A DNA stretch of 64,000 nucleotides. It comes from Legionellales bacterium. Its GTDB lineage: Bacteria > Pseudomonadota > Gammaproteobacteria > JAHCLG01. The stretch spans positions 29,782 through 93,781 of the forward strand of contig JAHCLG010000004.1 of NCBI GenBank assembly GCA_026125385.1. The letters are read 5' to 3'. A program made the translations under genes and the position numbers. A model generated the notes under the pieces. It ran no database searches. It saw nothing but the letters and a program-made list of their open reading frames with translations, and was not told the origin of the DNA. This document shows positions 62,379 to 64,000 of this stretch, one piece after another (the first letter of the stretch is position 1; every line of letters begins with the position of its first letter).

Positions 62379-62612
62379 TTATTTCATTGCTACGATGTGC
62401 GAAACCTGAAGTTGATCGCCTGGTTTTAACCGGGTTTGCGCGAATAAGCTGTGTGGGACGACTAAACCATTGCGTTTAAGGGCAAAATCTTCACCTTCGA
62501 GATTAAGCTTAGTAATCAATTGCGCAATGCTGGCATCTGCCGCCAGTTCAACTTTTTTGTCATTAACAAAGATGTTCAAGACTGGGCTACCTTTGGTTAC
62601 GGATGACATCAC
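62379..62612 (-). CDS. ThiS/MoaD-like beta-grasp protein lacking the C-terminal Gly-Gly (ThiS relic?)
   Basis: ThiS-like pattern (LNIFVNDKKVEL...SIAQLITKL...FALKRNGLVVP....RLKPGDQLQV) but it ends ...HIVAMK* instead of GG. Directly upstream of trmB with no thiG between. Confidence 0.5.
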   Translation of the reverse strand: MMSSVTKGSPVLNIFVNDKKVELAADASIAQLITKLNLEGEDFALKRNGLVVPHSLFAQTRLKPGDQLQVSHIVAMK

Positions 62613-62691
62613 TTAATGATAAACAATTCATGCTAGCTTGCCAACTTGTGATTTAGTGTTAACTAGATTATTCTCATGCCTTGCTTAATTT

Positions 62692-63480
62692 TTGGAGAAG
62701 ATGATGCACTGCCAAGAAATCGACTACTCAATCCAAGGTCATGATTTTCAATATGTTGAAATTGAATTGGATGCTGGAGAAACCGTAATTGCAGAAGCGG
62801 GTTCCATGATGTATATGGAAGACGGGGTTTCCTACGAAGCAAAATTAGGCGATGGCTCTAACCCAAAGTCAGGGATTTTAGATAATTTGTGGGGAGCGGG
62901 GAAGCGTTGGCTGGCAGGCGATACTCTTTTCTTAACTCATTTTACCAACCAAGCGCAAACTAAGAAAAAAGTAGTGTTTGCGGCACCTTACCCGGGTGCG
63001 ATTATTCCGCTTAATCTTAAAGAACATAATGAGAATATTATTTGCCAAAAATCGGCTTTTCTATGTGCCGCGAGGGGTACGCAAATTACGGTTACGCTGA
63101 CTAAAAAATTCGGTGCCGGATTATTTGGCGGGGAAGGATTTATTTTACAAAAAATTATGGGTGACGGTTTGGCCTTTATCGCCGCAGGGGGAGCGATTGT
63201 AAAAAAACAATTAAATAATGAAACCTTAAAAGTCGATGCGGGTTGTATTGTTGGCTTTGAGTCACAAATTGATTACGATATTGCACGCGCTGGTAATTTA
63301 AAATCGATGATTTTTGGCGGCGAAGGATTATTTTTAGCAACCTTAAGTGGCACTGGCACCGCCTGGTTACAATCAATGCCATTTTCGCGTTTGTGTGATC
63401 GCATTATTGCGAGCGCGCCTGCGGAAGGTGGAAAATCGGTAGGCGAAGGGTCAATTTTAGGAAATTTATTTAAAAATTAG
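62692..63480 (+). CDS. AIM24/DUF124 (TIGR00266) family protein
   Basis: 262 aa, Gly-rich beta pattern ([16 protein letters not shown]...[15 protein letters not shown]) typical of this family. Confidence 0.65.
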   Translation: MEKMMHCQEIDYSIQGHDFQYVEIELDAGETVIAEAGSMMYMEDGVSYEAKLGDGSNPKSGILDNLWGAGKRWLAGDTLFLTHFTNQAQTKKKVVFAAPYPGAIIPLNLKEHNENIICQKSAFLCAARGTQITVTLTKKFGAGLFGGEGFILQKIMGDGLAFIAAGGAIVKKQLNNETLKVDAGCIVGFESQIDYDIARAGNLKSMIFGGEGLFLATLSGTGTAWLQSMPFSRLCDRIIASAPAEGGKSVGEGSILGNLFKN

Positions 63481-63491
63481 GAATCACTATC

Positions 63492-64000
63492 ATGAAAACA
63501 ATATTGAAGTTATTAGGCATTACCTTAACACTGATTGTTGTGTTATTTATTACCGCAGCCGTGTTGGTTTACCACTACATCAATGCTGATCAGATTAAAA
63601 AATTTTTAAGCGATCAAATTTATGCGCGCACAGGGCGTCATTTAACGATTCAAGGAAAAATGGATTGGTCATTTTTTCCGTGGCTTGGCATTAAAATCCC
63701 ACAAGTTGATTTAGAAAATGCCAAAAATTTTGCTCCTGCTAATTTTGCTGCAATCAAAGAAGTGGATGTTAAATTTAAATTGCTACCCTTATTTACTGGG
63801 AAAATTGCAATAGGTAATATTAAAATCATTGGATTGCAATTAAATTTAGCGAAAAATGCCCAGGGCATCACCAATTGGGATGATATTCTCAACTATCTGC
63901 CAACTCGCAATCCACGTGGTAATACCGCCGCGTTATCTTCAACAAATCAAAGTTCATCGTCTAAAACTATTTCTTTATCCGCAATTGCGGCAAAATATCC
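63492..64000 (+). CDS. AsmA-family protein, N-terminal part (runs off the window)
   Basis: MKTILKLLGITLTLIVVLFITAAVLVYHY signal-anchor followed by an AsmA N-domain pattern. Open to the window end. The ORF-track minus-strand ORF 63650..63892 is antisense to it. Confidence 0.6.
   Translation, partial: MKTILKLLGITLTLIVVLFITAAVLVYHYINADQIKKFLSDQIYARTGRHLTIQGKMDWSFFPWLGIKIPQVDLENAKNFAPANFAAIKEVDVKFKLLPLFTGKIAIGNIKIIGLQLNLAKNAQGITNWDDILNYLPTRNPRGNTAALSSTNQSSSSKTISLSAIAAKY

Noticed and set aside
63650-63892. 80-aa minus-strand ORF near the window end
   Set aside because: It is antisense to the AsmA-family gene, whose N-terminal signal anchor and domain pattern are clear on the plus strand.

Overview
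This 64 kb window is an AT-rich (roughly 38-40% GC by eye) gammaproteobacterial chromosome segment. Its gene order and content fit a Legionellales-like organism best; that assignment is inference. Examples are the lptD-surA-pdxA-ksgA-apaG-apaH block, the amgK-murU pair beside lptD, the pgk-pyk-fba operon, the rhodanese-grxC-secB-gpsA block, parE-parC, and a complete single-operon type II secretion system gspDEFGHIJKLM. Most of the window is conserved housekeeping. Between the conserved blocks sit several short accessory insertions. First, an AT-rich islet at 12.8-16.2 kb holds two unannotatable proteins, an HTH remnant and an orphan Orc1/Cdc6-type ATPase. Second, there are two more unrelated orphan ATPases of the same broad class at 26.1 and 33.0 kb, each bounded by dispersed repeat hairpins. 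Third, a dinJ-yafQ toxin-antitoxin pair and an effector-like protein with a C-terminal acidic block lie wedged between folC and gspD. Fourth, a secreted Cys/Thr/Pro-rich protein lies at 34.3 kb. Fifth, there is a minus-strand operon thiS-like/trmB/aldH/midA/gspC/Sel1-lipoprotein. Its short, PDZ-less GspC stop codon overlaps the start of a Sel1-repeat lipoprotein gene. Several non-coding repeat families are present. One is a pair of REP/BIME-like composite palindromes built from 22-24 nt tandem units. Another is a 145 bp near-perfect palindrome with a solo copy elsewhere. A third is a CAGGAGTTTCGCAC...GTGCGAAACTCCTG hairpin family present at three sites. The last is a triple near-palindromic repeat overlapping the start of ATPase-2. 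I found no rRNA, tRNA or CRISPR array. The thiS-like gene lacks the C-terminal Gly-Gly and has no thiG partner. Coordinates of many starts were re-derived by reading the sequence, since several ORF-track starts are TTG/GTG extensions. All family assignments come from motif-level recognition, not from database searches.
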